Origin: Bradyrhizobium mercantei
Lineage (GTDB): Bacteria; Pseudomonadota; Alphaproteobacteria; Rhizobiales; Xanthobacteraceae
Direction: 5' to 3'
NCBI RefSeq assembly: GCF_001982635.1
Contig: NZ_MKFI01000003.1
Location: 921,277-961,276, forward strand
Length of the DNA stretch: 40,000 bases
A model generated the notes under the pieces. The model did no database searches and was not told the origin of the DNA. It saw only the letters and a list, made by a program, of their open reading frames with translations. This document shows, in pieces, positions 23,370 to 33,963 of the stretch. Both the position numbers and the translations under genes were made by a program. Position 1 is the stretch's first letter. Each line of letters begins with the position of its first letter.

Positions 23370-24742
23370 TCTCGGAGACAGCCGAGCCGTCAACGGCGGT
23401 AGCTCCCGTAGGTTGTTCGTATGAAAGCATCGATCGGTTCTTCCGGCTCGCTAACAGGGCGGTTGAGCAAACGCCGACGATGAATGTCCGTGGTCGCGTC
23501 CTTCAAGTCGTTGGAACAATCATCCGTGCGACGGCTCCTGGCGTGCGTATCGGGGATTTGTGCGAACTCCACGATCCCAAAAATGACCGTGGACTGACCG
23601 CTGAGGTCGTCGGTGTTCAGCGCGATGTTGCCGTTCTGACGCCGCTCGGGGAAATGCGGGGACTTTCTACCCTCACAGAGGTGATTCCGACGAGCAAGGC
23701 CCTGCTGGTGCCGGCGGGCTGGAACTTGCTAGGTCGGGTGCTTGACGGCCTTGGCCGCCCGCTCGATGCAACCACTCATGGGCCCATGATCGCAGAGGCC
23801 CACGTGCCGGTTCATGGCAGCGCACCGGATCCGCTAAGCCGGCGTAGCATAGATCAGGTTCTTCCGGTCGGTGTACGGGCGATCGATGCCCTGCTGACGT
23901 GCGGGGAAGGGCAACGCGTCGGTATCTTTGCCGCTGCAGGAGCCGGCAAAAGCACACTGCTGTCGATGCTCATACGGGGCGCTGACGTTGACGTCGCGGT
24001 GATAGCACTTATCGGCGAGCGCGGACGGGAGGTGCAAGAGTTCATCACGCAACTCGGTTCGCAATCACGAACCAAAGCGGTTTTTGTTGTCGCGACGTCC
24101 GACCGGCCCGCCATGGAGCGCGCCAAGGCGGCCTATGTAGCCACTGCAATCGCTGAATGGTTTCGCGATCAAGGCAAACGTGTGCTGCTTCTCATGGATT
24201 CGCTAACGCGTTTTGCGCGGGCGCACAGGGAGATCGGCCTTGCAGCGGGTGAGCCACCGACCCGGCATGGTTTCCCGCCATCCGTGTTCGCAACACTGCC
24301 GCAACTTTTGGAACGCGCGGGCAACAATGCGCGTGGGTCGATCACGGCCTTCTATACCGTGCTTGTCGAGGGAGATGACATGACTGAACCCGTCGCCGAC
24401 GAAACGCGCTCGATCCTTGATGGGCACATTGTGCTCTCGCGTGCCCTGGCTACGTCGAACCACTATCCTGCCATCGACATTCTTGCGAGCGTCAGCCGCG
24501 TCATGAGCATGATCGTGGCTCCCCAGCATGAAAGCATGGCGCGGAGACTGCGTGAGCTGATGGCGAAATACCAGGAGGTCGAACTGTTGATTCGTGTGGG
24601 AGAATACAAGAACGGAACCGACGAACTCGCGGATGAGGCGATCGCCAGAAGGGACGAAATACAGAACTTCCTGCGCCAATCGACAAGTGAGCAAATGGAC
24701 TTCGAAGCCACGCTCCAGGAGCTTGAAGCATGCGTGGGATGA
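23366..24742 (+). CDS. sctN: T3SS ATPase
   Basis: Walker A is [14 protein letters not shown] and Walker B is [13 protein letters not shown]. The protein shows F1/FliI-like architecture throughout. Confidence 0.95.
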   Translation: MISETAEPSTAVAPVGCSYESIDRFFRLANRAVEQTPTMNVRGRVLQVVGTIIRATAPGVRIGDLCELHDPKNDRGLTAEVVGVQRDVAVLTPLGEMRGLSTLTEVIPTSKALLVPAGWNLLGRVLDGLGRPLDATTHGPMIAEAHVPVHGSAPDPLSRRSIDQVLPVGVRAIDALLTCGEGQRVGIFAAAGAGKSTLLSMLIRGADVDVAVIALIGERGREVQEFITQLGSQSRTKAVFVVATSDRPAMERAKAAYVATAIAEWFRDQGKRVLLLMDSLTRFARAHREIGLAAGEPPTRHGFPPSVFATLPQLLERAGNNARGSITAFYTVLVEGDDMTEPVADETRSILDGHIVLSRALATSNHYPAIDILASVSRVMSMIVAPQHESMARRLRELMAKYQEVELLIRVGEYKNGTDELADEAIARRDEIQNFLRQSTSEQMDFEATLQELEACVG

Positions 24743-25248
24743 TCTCGGACGCCGTCCACCGTCTCCTGGAGCTACGGAAATTGCGACATCATCGTCAGCA
24801 AGATATTCTCCGGGCGCGACAGCTGGCCCTTGAGAACGCTGCCGCTGCCGTGGAGACCGCCGCCAAAAATCACCGCACCTGGCGGCAAAAGCGTCTTCGG
24901 CTTGAAGCTTCCCTGTACGATTCCGTGATCGGAGAAACCGTCGCTCTCGGCGCTCTTGTCGGTCTGAAGGTAAGGATGACCTCGCTGCACGATCACGATC
25001 AGCTGCTCGAAAAGGACATTGAAAAGGCAATCGCGGAAGCCGATCGGGCCCGGCAGGCACGCGACGAAATGTGCAACATCGTACGTCAAACAGGCAAGCA
25101 GTTCGATAAGTGCGAACATCTGGCGCGCGCTTTGCGCGATGCCTCGGTGAGGAGGCCGGAGCAGGTTTGCGAGAACAGGACTGCTGTGAACACGTCGCAA
25201 GCCGGATCGGCCTTGGATCTCGAAGAATGTCGGGGATGCGAAGGCTAG
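24730..25248 (+). CDS. sctO: T3SS stalk protein (YscO/FliJ-like coiled coil)
   Basis: The protein is coiled-coil rich ([45 protein letters not shown]) and directly follows sctN. An alternative ATG at 24739 would give an ATGA overlap with the sctN stop. Confidence 0.65.
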   Translation: MRGMISDAVHRLLELRKLRHHRQQDILRARQLALENAAAAVETAAKNHRTWRQKRLRLEASLYDSVIGETVALGALVGLKVRMTSLHDHDQLLEKDIEKAIAEADRARQARDEMCNIVRQTGKQFDKCEHLARALRDASVRRPEQVCENRTAVNTSQAGSALDLEECRGCEG

Positions 25249-25590
25249 GGGAGGGGATCAGGCGAGCGTCGATACGACGTTGGATATGGCGGGTCTAGTA
25301 GGTCGATCTCATCCATGGTGCATCGGATCCTGCGGTTTACGTCGATGCAGATCGTGCGGTTAGGCTGACGGCGATACGCTCGACCGACCGTCCCGCTGGC
25401 ACGATCGCGTGTGCCTGTCGTCTAGGTCAAAGACTGCGGGCTTACGGCAGACGATCGAAGAAACATCAGAGTCACTGTTGCGATCCGGGCGAGTTGGCTT
25501 TGAACGCAGCTAATCGGCGCGGAGGGTTCAAATTTGCTGCTCTGGGTTTGAAGGCGGGCCGGCAGTCTGCCTCAGGGCCGGAGCGAGCCA

Positions 25591-25622
25591 TCGTCAGCTG
25601 CGTGTCGCACCTCTGGCTATGG
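25591..25622 (+). promoter_or_regulatory. weak tts-box-like element upstream of sctV
   Basis: TCGTCAGCTGCGTGTCGCACCTCTGGCTATGG shares the TCGTCAGCT head of the rhizobial TtsI-dependent tts box as I recall it. The remainder matches poorly. It lies 40-70 nt before the sctV start. Confidence 0.2.
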
Positions 25623-25661
25623 ACTGGCATTTCACGGGGCAAGTCGCGCTAGGCTGATCAT

Positions 25662-27764
25662 ATGAAGTCACTCGACAAACTGCTGACCATCGCGACCGGC
25701 CGTAACGACATTGTTCTGGTGACGTTGCTGATCACGATCGTTTTCATGATGATTATTCCGCTTCCATCAGTGCTTATGGATGTGCTGCAAGCGGTCAATC
25801 TGGGAATTGCAGCCCTCCTGCTGATGGTGGCGGTCTACATCAAATCGCCACTCGCATTCGTCTCATTTCCATCGGTGCTGTTGCTGGCAACGCTGTTTCG
25901 TCTGGCGCTCGGTATTGCGGCAACTCGCACCATCCTGCTTCGTGCGGAAGCTGGCCAGATCATCAAGACCTTCGGTAACTTTGTCGTAGCTGGTAATCTC
26001 GTCGTAGGCGCCGTTACCTTCTTGATCATGACAATTGTACAATTTGTCGTCATCACCAAAGGATCAGAGCGCGTTGCCGAAGTCGCTGCACGTTTTTCTC
26101 TGGATTCCATGCCGGGAAAGCAGATGAGCGTCGATGGCGACTTGCGGGCCGGCAGCATCGATATGCGAGAGGCACGCAGGCGCCGTGTTGCCATCGAGCG
26201 CGAAAGTCAGTTGTACGGTGCCATGGACGGCGCCATGAAGTTCCTCAAAGGGGACGCGATCGCAGGCGTGATCAGCATTATCGTGAACATCATTGGCGGG
26301 ATCGCAATTGGTTCACTCCAAAAGGGAATGGGATTCTCGGAGGCGCTTGAAGTCTATACGACCTTGACCATTGGCGATGGTCTCGTCGGTCAGATTCCGG
26401 CGTTGTTCACCTCGATCACGGCAGGATTCATCGTCACGCGAGTAAGCTCCGAAGACAACAGCGCAGACCTCGGCAATGCAATCGGCAATGAACTGAGTGC
26501 GCAACCACGTGCACTCATGGTTGGCGCATTCATGCTCATCCTGTTCTCCCTTGTGCCCGGCTTTCCGACATTGATTTTTATGGTTTTGGCAGCAGCGGTG
26601 GGTGGGACTGGCTGGCTGCTGCAGCGTCGTGGCCAGCTATTGCGCACTGACTCGCATGGCCAGCCACTCAGCGGGGGAGCGCTGTCGATGAATCCGACTG
26701 AGGCCTCTGAGGCAAAGAAGGTAGGCGTAGGCGGCAATGGCATCATGCTTACTGTGCCCCTGATGATCGACGTTGACCGGGATATCCAGACGATGATCCA
26801 GCCGGACGTGCTTGATAAAGCGTTGGTGGCCACGCAGCAGGCGCTGATGCTCGATCTTGGCGTGCCGGTTCCAGCGATCAATGTCCGAATAAACGAGGAT
26901 TGTCACAACGGCGAATATATTATCAGGCTAAATGAAGTTCCATACGGATCGGGACGATTGCGGCCTCAACACATCCTGGCGCGTGATACTCCCGAGCGCC
27001 TCGAAATGGTGGACATTCCATGTGTCGTGGAAGAGCCCTCCTTCTTGCCTCAGATCGAGACCGTCTGGGTTGATGTCGCACATCTCGAGTCGCTGCGAGC
27101 GGCGGGCATCCCGTATCTGGAATCAGCCCAGATTCTCTCCTGCCATGTTGGTCTAATCGTGCGTCGGCACGCCGATGAGTTCATCGGTATTCAGGAAACG
27201 AAAGCGCTTTTGAAGCAGGCGGAAGGATCCTTTCCAGAACTCGTGAAGGAGGCGTTGCGCCTAGTCCCGCTGCAAAAGATTGCCGAGGTGCTCAAACGGC
27301 TCGTTTCGGAGCAGGTTTCGCTGCGAAATATGAGTGCTATCCTCAACACATTGGTCCAGTGGGGACAAAATGAGAAGGATACAGTGCTGCTGACCGAGTA
27401 TGTGCGCGGCGCGCTCAAGAGGCAGATCTGCTTTCAGCATTGTGCCGGTACGAATCTGTTGCCGGCCTACATTTTGACGCCGGAGGTGGAAGATACTGTG
27501 CGCAAGTCAATTCGACAGACGTCTGCGGGGAGCTATCTCGCTCTCGATCCGCAGACCACGCGACAGATCGTTGGCAGGATAAAAGATGCCGCCGGCATCC
27601 TTGAATCGCTGCCATACAAGCCCGTGCTACTCACCTCGATCGATGTCCGTCGATACGTCCGCAAGCTTGTCGAGGCCGATTTGTACGAGCTCCCGGTGCT
27701 CTCCTATCAGGAGCTTACTCCCGACATCTCTGTCCAGCCCTTGGCGCGAATTGCGCTGCAGTGA
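25662..27764 (+). CDS. sctV: T3SS export gate (FHIPEP family)
   Basis: This 700-aa protein has a polytopic N-terminus and the signature RFSLDSMPGKQMSVDGDLRAG, followed by a large cytoplasmic C-terminal domain. Confidence 0.95.
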   Translation: MKSLDKLLTIATGRNDIVLVTLLITIVFMMIIPLPSVLMDVLQAVNLGIAALLLMVAVYIKSPLAFVSFPSVLLLATLFRLALGIAATRTILLRAEAGQIIKTFGNFVVAGNLVVGAVTFLIMTIVQFVVITKGSERVAEVAARFSLDSMPGKQMSVDGDLRAGSIDMREARRRRVAIERESQLYGAMDGAMKFLKGDAIAGVISIIVNIIGGIAIGSLQKGMGFSEALEVYTTLTIGDGLVGQIPALFTSITAGFIVTRVSSEDNSADLGNAIGNELSAQPRALMVGAFMLILFSLVPGFPTLIFMVLAAAVGGTGWLLQRRGQLLRTDSHGQPLSGGALSMNPTEASEAKKVGVGGNGIMLTVPLMIDVDRDIQTMIQPDVLDKALVATQQALMLDLGVPVPAINVRINEDCHNGEYIIRLNEVPYGSGRLRPQHILARDTPERLEMVDIPCVVEEPSFLPQIETVWVDVAHLESLRAAGIPYLESAQILSCHVGLIVRRHADEFIGIQETKALLKQAEGSFPELVKEALRLVPLQKIAEVLKRLVSEQVSLRNMSAILNTLVQWGQNEKDTVLLTEYVRGALKRQICFQHCAGTNLLPAYILTPEVEDTVRKSIRQTSAGSYLALDPQTTRQIVGRIKDAAGILESLPYKPVLLTSIDVRRYVRKLVEADLYELPVLSYQELTPDISVQPLARIALQ

Positions 27765-29140
27765 CGTGCATGCCAATGGAAAAGAATGTTCTGACCGATG
27801 AGCAGGCCAAGCTCACTTTGCGCGTGCTGTCCGGGCCAAACCTGGGCGCGGAGACATGGCTGGACGAGGGAACGTCGCTCATCGGTAGCCATGATACGGA
27901 TGACCTCACCTTCGGCGATCCGGAACTCGTCGGTTCGCATATTCGCATTGTTAACGAGTCAGGGAAAATCCAGATCACTGCGTCCGCACCGGGCGTGCTG
28001 ATCAACGGTAGAGAGTGCACTCCCAACAATCCGACTATCCTTGATCCGTTCACCCCGGTCCGTGTTGGCCGCACAATCTTTAGCCTCGGTCCCGTCGGGC
28101 TCGACTTTCCCAAGGAGTATACCGTAGCCGAGCGCCAGGGGGTGGATGCAAGCAGGGCCGCTTCGGATGCGACAGAGTCATCGAGTTTGGGCAGCTGGCG
28201 AACACGTCTCGCGGTGGGCTGGATACCGTGGCGATTGCGGTTGGCGGCGGTGGTTTGTGGCCTCCTGATGATAATATGTGGCGCTTGGGCAGGGATGGAG
28301 CGGCTTCACTCCCGGTCTTTTTTTAACCCTCCGGGCACCCAGCCGATCGAGCCGCAGACGGCCGATCCTCATGGGGCGGACATTGCACCCGACGTCAATA
28401 TCCAATCGACTGCCGGCAGGCTGACGATCGAACTGGGGCCTGGAGAGAATACCAACAAGAGCCAGTCTGACTGGCAGGACCCCAGGCTTGCGGCTGACCT
28501 CACAGCAAAGCGACCGGCTACTGCCAAATTATCTGACGCAAGGCTGATCGACCTCGCAGCTACGATCTTACACGCTTTTGATATCGACGGTCGCGTTCGC
28601 GTAGAAGCTGCAGGCGAACTCACAGTAATAGGTTACGGTCGGAGCGATGCTAAAGTAGAAGCGGCCCTTCGTCGTCTCCAGCAGGACATCCCGGGCATCT
28701 ACAAGACCAATGATGAAGTGGCAACACCAGATCGCGCACGCGCTTTTTTGCTGCGGGCGGCGTCCGCCGAACTCCGTCGGTCCATCCGCATCACCGTAAG
28801 GCCCGATGTCGTATCCGTGTCCGGAGCGCTGGCCTCGGCGACATACGATGAGTGGAAGGACGTTGCCGCTCGGTTCGAGGAAAGATTCAGGCCCTATATC
28901 CGACTCGAGTCGCGGTGTGAGCTGATGGTATTGCCCGCGGTGCGAGGGGTGCACCTGGGCCGCACACCTTTCGTCGTGGTTGAAAACGGAGCTCAGTTGA
29001 AAGTGGGCGACAGCATCGATCACATCGGCAAGATTGCGGCCGTTGACCGCGACGGGCTTATCGTGCGCGTCGGAGAATCGAACCTTCGCATGCTCTATCG
29101 AGAGAACCCAGAGTGGTTAACCGAGGATGATCAACGGTGA
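27761..29140 (+). CDS. sctD: T3SS inner-membrane ring protein with an N-terminal FHA domain
   Basis: The FHA-like N-terminus is LRVLSGPNLGAETWLDEGTSLIGSHDTDDLTFGDPELVGSHIRI. There is a single TM helix (LAAVVCGLLMIICGAWAGM) and a periplasmic C-terminus. The GTG start overlaps the sctV stop (GTGA); an ATG at 27770 is an alternative. Confidence 0.75.
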   Translation: MTCMPMEKNVLTDEQAKLTLRVLSGPNLGAETWLDEGTSLIGSHDTDDLTFGDPELVGSHIRIVNESGKIQITASAPGVLINGRECTPNNPTILDPFTPVRVGRTIFSLGPVGLDFPKEYTVAERQGVDASRAASDATESSSLGSWRTRLAVGWIPWRLRLAAVVCGLLMIICGAWAGMERLHSRSFFNPPGTQPIEPQTADPHGADIAPDVNIQSTAGRLTIELGPGENTNKSQSDWQDPRLAADLTAKRPATAKLSDARLIDLAATILHAFDIDGRVRVEAAGELTVIGYGRSDAKVEAALRRLQQDIPGIYKTNDEVATPDRARAFLLRAASAELRRSIRITVRPDVVSVSGALASATYDEWKDVAARFEERFRPYIRLESRCELMVLPAVRGVHLGRTPFVVVENGAQLKVGDSIDHIGKIAAVDRDGLIVRVGESNLRMLYRENPEWLTEDDQR

Positions 29141-29378
29141 AGAGGAATCCATCGTGCTTGAGCTGGAGAAGCAGCTGCTAAATGATGTCGATGGCTCCAG
29201 CAGAGCCGTCATCAATGAAGACCTCCAGAACTGGAGGCAGTCTCTGAAACGTCACATTGATAGCGGCGTCACGACGCGGCAGTTCGAAGCACTGCAGGCG
29301 CTGCTCGAGGCAATAGATTGCGCGACCGAAGTCGTTGATGCTACATGGGTACAGCAACACCGCGAAATAGTCCGCTGA
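29127..29378 (+). CDS. small helical protein, YscE/PscE-like needle co-chaperone candidate
   Basis: This 83-aa protein has two predicted helices (LELEKQLLNDVDG...RQFEALQALLEAIDCATEVV). It lies immediately upstream of the needle gene, as yscE does for yscF. Confidence 0.4.
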   Translation: MINGEEESIVLELEKQLLNDVDGSSRAVINEDLQNWRQSLKRHIDSGVTTRQFEALQALLEAIDCATEVVDATWVQQHREIVR

Positions 29379-29393
29379 GTAATGAGAGGTGAA

Positions 29394-29612
29394 ATGCATT
29401 TCGGCAGTATAACCAGCTCGATTGGGCAATCCGTCGTCCAATCGGAACGCAATGTGAGAGAACGTATGGCAACCATGAACCCGGACGACACCATGGATCT
29501 GATTCGCTTTCAGCTCTCAATGACCAAGCACACGACACTGTTGAACTTGAACTCCACCATCATCAAGGCGGTTCACGACGCACTCAATGGTATCATCCGG
29601 AATATTGCCTGA
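29394..29612 (+). CDS. sctF: T3SS needle subunit
   Basis: The protein is 72 aa from ATG 29394, which has GAGAGGTG upstream. The C-terminal half DLIRFQLSMTKHTTLLNLNSTIIKAVHDALNGIIRNIA parallels YscF/MxiH/PrgI (..L...inkws...N..StivrsmKD...gI..k). Confidence 0.75.
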   Translation: MHFGSITSSIGQSVVQSERNVRERMATMNPDDTMDLIRFQLSMTKHTTLLNLNSTIIKAVHDALNGIIRNIA

Positions 29613-29721
29613 TCTTCATCGGTAGGTGTGGTCGTTCGGTGCCGGCACGCTATCCGGGCTGATGGCGAGTCCGGATATTCTGATCATGCCTGAATCGACC
29701 GAGCGAAATCGAACGCGACTG

Positions 29722-30660
29722 ATGTCACCTAACTTCCTGCAACTTCGTCATCTCCGCTATTTCCTCGGCATCGTGGATGCTGGTAGCTTTACGGGGGCGG
29801 CAGGCATGCTGCACGTGGCGCAACCTGCCCTCAGCCAGCAAATGACTGCCCTTGAAGCTGAGCTTGGCGTCGAACTGCTCCAGCGCAGTCAACGCGGCAT
29901 TCGTCCAACTGCCGCGGGCGAAATCTTCTATCGTGAGGCGGCATCGATCATTGGGCAGGTGGAGCAGCTGGACCGCGTTGTTCGGTCGGCGGCAGGAGAA
30001 CCGGAAGGCTTGGTAAGGCTTGGCATGTCATCGGGATTTGCGGTGTGCTGGGCTTGCGACTTTATGGAAGCCTGCCGGATGATTCTGCCGAAAGTGCACC
30101 TCCGTCTGGTTGCAGGTGACATTCTGCGCATGAGATCGCTTATCGCATCGCGTGCGCTCGATCTCTGCTTCCTTCTGGAAGATGAGCCTATCCAGGGCTT
30201 ATCGCGGCAGCCGCTCTTTCATCAGCCGCTATCGCTGGTTGGACCTGTGTTTGCGGAAGACGTCACGCATACCATTTCGCTCGAGCGACTGGCTCACCTT
30301 CCTCTTGTGCTGCCGACAAGGCCCAACACAGTTCGCAGCGCGTTGGACCGGGCGTTTCAAGAGGTCGGCTTGATACCCAATTGCATCGCGGAAGTCGATA
30401 CGTTCGCCAGTGCGCTCTCCCTGGTCAATGCAGGCATCGGTAATGTGATCGTTCCGAAGATCGTCTTCTCTGACATGCCGGGACATGGCCATCTGAGGCT
30501 GATCTCGATAGATCCGCCGATCCATGTGACGGCATGCCTGATCTCTTCCGGCAATACTCCGCTGCCCTTCGCGGCACAGGCGGTAGGTGACCTCCTGACA
30601 ACCCACGTAAAACTGGCGCTTCGAAAAGACGGCAAAGAGAAGGAAGGCTCATTATCATAA
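29722..30660 (+). CDS. LysR-family transcriptional regulator
   Basis: The N-terminal wHTH is LRHLRYFLGIVDAGSFTGAAGMLHVAQPALSQQMTALEAELGVELLQRSQRG, followed by a co-inducer-binding-type C-terminal domain. I trimmed the start to ATG 29722. Confidence 0.9.
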   Translation: MSPNFLQLRHLRYFLGIVDAGSFTGAAGMLHVAQPALSQQMTALEAELGVELLQRSQRGIRPTAAGEIFYREAASIIGQVEQLDRVVRSAAGEPEGLVRLGMSSGFAVCWACDFMEACRMILPKVHLRLVAGDILRMRSLIASRALDLCFLLEDEPIQGLSRQPLFHQPLSLVGPVFAEDVTHTISLERLAHLPLVLPTRPNTVRSALDRAFQEVGLIPNCIAEVDTFASALSLVNAGIGNVIVPKIVFSDMPGHGHLRLISIDPPIHVTACLISSGNTPLPFAAQAVGDLLTTHVKLALRKDGKEKEGSLS

Positions 30661-31143
30661 CGGGAGCCTCGAGGGTACAACCAGTGTGAACCCCGGCCCG
30701 AAGTGGAATTCGTCCACCATCGACTGACTCTGAGACTTCAAACGCCAGCGTGTTGCCGAGCGGCCGTCGCCCCGCGATCCGGCCAGCAAATAGTCGAAGC
30801 CTAGCTGCAACCTGGGATCTTGCTGGTTGGACTGAGGTTTCACTGGCGGCAGATCGCCGAGGGAAGAAATGTTCGTCGATACAAGTTGCGATTGCGACGA
30901 CAGTGTAGCTCGCCTGCCGCGGCCCGCGTTCAAGGAAAAGCCCGACGAGCAGCCATCCGACCTGCTGCCCCGGGAGCCTGAGCGGCGAGTCATCGTCCGT
31001 GCCGGCAAGCGATGGGACTGTCTGACCGGCGACGTCGATGACGGTCTTGCGCCGATCGACAGCAACCTTCTAGTCGTCACTGGATACGTACTCTGATCAA
31101 GCACAGCGTTCCGATCGGGAGACTGCTTCGCGCCAACTATCAA
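30655..31143 (-). CDS. hypothetical protein downstream of the secretin (uncertain)
   Basis: The TTG start overlaps the secretin stop (TTGA). The C-terminal third has high GC3 and a beta-rich look (LQLGFDYLLAG...MVDEFHFGPGFTLVV). The N-terminal half is Arg/Ser-rich and may not be real. Confidence 0.3.
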   Translation of the reverse strand: MIVGAKQSPDRNAVLDQSTYPVTTRRLLSIGARPSSTSPVRQSHRLPARTMTRRSGSRGSRSDGCSSGFSLNAGRGRRATLSSQSQLVSTNISSLGDLPPVKPQSNQQDPRLQLGFDYLLAGSRGDGRSATRWRLKSQSQSMVDEFHFGPGFTLVVPSRLPL

Positions 31144-33359
31144 TCGAGTGCGCGTCGCATATTGCCATCGAGCAGGGGAGATACCGGGGGCTCAGGAAAG
31201 GTTCTGGGTACCGAAATTGAGCCGGTGACGGCCGGGATTGCCAGCTCTCGCCGAACCTTCGCAGCTTGTTCACGCTTTGGTGAGGCAGCCTCTTGTTGCG
31301 GTCCGGGCGTGAGCTGGCGGCCGAGCTCGGGCGCCAGCGATTCGAACTTCGCCCGCAACTCGTCGGTTAGGGCTCCTGCCTCTGCGTCACCTTGAAGCAC
31401 CAGAGGATTGAGTAACACCAGGAGCTCAGTTCGCTCTTTGGTTTGTTCAGTACGCCGGAATGCCGCTCCCAGAAGCGGAATGTTCATCAGCAAAGGCAGC
31501 CCAGAATCGGCCCGAGAGGTACTATCCTGCATCAACCCACCAATCGCTATCGTATCCCCGTTTCGTGTGGATACGGTGCTCTGCAGGCGGCGTAGCGAAA
31601 TCACAGGGGACTGGACGCTGGTGAGCTTGTTCTTGTTGGCGGTACTAACCTCCTGAAAAGTGTCGAGTGTGACACTACCGCCGGCGCCTATTCTCGGCGT
31701 AACAGCCAAAATTACTCCTGTGTCACGCAGTTCGACGTTGCTGATGATCGGCGAGTTCTCGCTTGCCGGGGATTGGGATGATCGGGACAAGATAGGGACC
31801 TGCTCGCCGACCTGGATCGTCGCCGGCTGATTGTCGACCGCGAGAATGCGTGGCGCGGATACAACCTTGACGTCCGCCACCTCGCTCAGCGCATGCAGCA
31901 CAACGTTGGCACTTGTCCCGGGAAACACATAGGACAAGCCACCTTTTGGAACGGCACCCAGGCCACGAGAGGACAAAAGATAGTCCACCCCGTACCCCAG
32001 GCCGTCGTTTAGCCGGACCTCCGCGACAATTGCCTGGATGAGAACCTGACGAGGCTTGACATCAAGACGACGGATCGCGGCATCGATGATCTTGGCATCG
32101 TGCGGTGCCGCCAGAATAACAAGCGCGTTCTGGCTGCGATCCGCCTGGATCCGCACCGGCGCCGATAACCCGAGACTGGCCGGGACCACTACCGCTTCGT
32201 GCTTTGCTTGCACCGTCTGCGTGTTCGAGTCGGAGTCTGCGTTCGGCGGGCTGGACGGGTTTGGAAGAAGGTCTGATCGACTGGCCAGGCTTGCCACCGG
32301 CACCTTGCCGGACTCTCCATCGGACTGTGCGGGCGCTGCTGCAACGCTCGGGTCAGCGCCGAAGATTTGCGCCAGCACCTGAGCCACTTCCGTCGCCCTT
32401 CGGTACTTCAGAGGCCGCACTTGAACGTTTGCTGCTGCCTTCGACGTTCTGTCCAGCTTCTCGATTGTCGTACGCGCGTGCTGGAGCGCCGCAGGATCGT
32501 CGGCAATTACAAGAATGCCGTTCAACCGCTCCAGTGATGCAAACCGGACTCGCGCCGGACCCTCAGCATTCTGATTGAATAGAAAATTGAGGTCTTTCTC
32601 GACTGCGGCGGGACTAGCCTGAGCCAGGGTATACAGAGCAAAGGACTTGTGGAGCATGCTATCGATGTCCAACAAGGCTATGAGTTCACGCGCGGAACTG
32701 ACGCCACCGGGCGGGCCGCTGATCGCAATGCCTCGTTGTCCGGGGGCGGGCGCCAAATGAACGTTTTCCTCGACGTTTGGTCGGATGACCTTGATGACCT
32801 CGACTGGGTCGACATAACGAACGGGAATTACCTTAACATCGCCGCGCCCTCCGTCGGCGAGATCAGCCAGGCGCGCCACCCTGACTCCCCGGTCACCTGC
32901 CGCCAGTCCGTAACCAGACTTTCCCAGCACTTCGTCCAGAAGCCGCGGAACATCATTCGCCGGAACCTTGCCGGAAGTCCGGAGCGTTATCTTTCCCTCC
33001 ACGCCTGGATCGATCACAACGGGCATGGCCAAGATATTGCCGACGACGTCATTCACGACCCGCCGAATATCAGCATTGACGTAGTCCAGACTGACGCGCG
33101 TGCTATTGGTGGTGACCGGTAGCCGACGCTCCGAGGTTTCGGCAGGTGGGGCGGATGGCTGGGTCAACACTTCAAAGCCCCCCGCGAGCGGTGCGCTCTC
33201 CGAGTATGTAGGTTCGGACACCTTCCGAATGCCGCTCGGCGGGTTCAGTAGAACGCTGCGCTCAGCCGTCGAGCCTGCGCATCCGGTGAGGAGTAGACAA
33301 AGAAACGTGAGTGCCGTGGGGTGGGAAGGGGGACACACTTGCGGAAGATGTGCATTCAT
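31140..33359 (-). CDS. sctC: T3SS outer-membrane secretin, one-piece, with a lipoprotein-type signal peptide
   Basis: The secretin C-domain reads NGDTIAIGGLMQDSTSRADSGLPLLMNIPLLGAAFRRTEQTKERTELLVLLNPLVL. N-domain repeats are present. The N-terminus LTFLCLLLTGCAGS fits a lipobox (L-T-G-C). Confidence 0.9.
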   Translation of the reverse strand: MNAHLPQVCPPSHPTALTFLCLLLTGCAGSTAERSVLLNPPSGIRKVSEPTYSESAPLAGGFEVLTQPSAPPAETSERRLPVTTNSTRVSLDYVNADIRRVVNDVVGNILAMPVVIDPGVEGKITLRTSGKVPANDVPRLLDEVLGKSGYGLAAGDRGVRVARLADLADGGRGDVKVIPVRYVDPVEVIKVIRPNVEENVHLAPAPGQRGIAISGPPGGVSSARELIALLDIDSMLHKSFALYTLAQASPAAVEKDLNFLFNQNAEGPARVRFASLERLNGILVIADDPAALQHARTTIEKLDRTSKAAANVQVRPLKYRRATEVAQVLAQIFGADPSVAAAPAQSDGESGKVPVASLASRSDLLPNPSSPPNADSDSNTQTVQAKHEAVVVPASLGLSAPVRIQADRSQNALVILAAPHDAKIIDAAIRRLDVKPRQVLIQAIVAEVRLNDGLGYGVDYLLSSRGLGAVPKGGLSYVFPGTSANVVLHALSEVADVKVVSAPRILAVDNQPATIQVGEQVPILSRSSQSPASENSPIISNVELRDTGVILAVTPRIGAGGSVTLDTFQEVSTANKNKLTSVQSPVISLRRLQSTVSTRNGDTIAIGGLMQDSTSRADSGLPLLMNIPLLGAAFRRTEQTKERTELLVLLNPLVLQGDAEAGALTDELRAKFESLAPELGRQLTPGPQQEAASPKREQAAKVRRELAIPAVTGSISVPRTFPEPPVSPLLDGNMRRALD

Positions 33360-33963
33360 TCAATGTTTCCATGTGCCAGCGCAAAGCCATCCTCTGGAGC
33401 TTTAGCAGCGCGAGCGATGTTGGGCCTGGCGCTCAGCGGCGAAACTTTCCCGAGGATAAGACAAATAGCAGCTTGATGATTCTTCCGAGTGTCAGTACCG
33501 GAGACCCGCCAAGCTGCAAATTAATTCATCGATATCGGGCCATAACGGGAAGTGATGGAGCTGCGAGCGCTCCGTGCTTTGACCACACATTGATGGTCGC
33601 CTGGATAAGCAGGAGCGGTATTCACCACGCGGCACGTTTCGATGAGTTGTTGCCAATCTCGGCAGTTACGGGTGAAGCGCGAGATCGCGGACGCAAACTG
33701 GACCAACCCTTGCCAGGTAGCCAAACTCCGCTGCCATTGGCTCCAAAACGGCGCGTTGTATGCCGTCGTCGGCTGAACGAGCGCGATGATCATCGATCTC
33801 GTCAAGCCATGACCACCCGAGTGCCGTCGGCCGTTCCCGCATGACTAGTACAAGCGGGCTGCTCTCGCGACACACTCCCTGATGCGCCGGAGTTTGACGC
33901 ACGTAAGATCATGCCGCGCTTCAGATGATGAGGCACTAAGTCAGAAATCATCGATCTTCTTAG

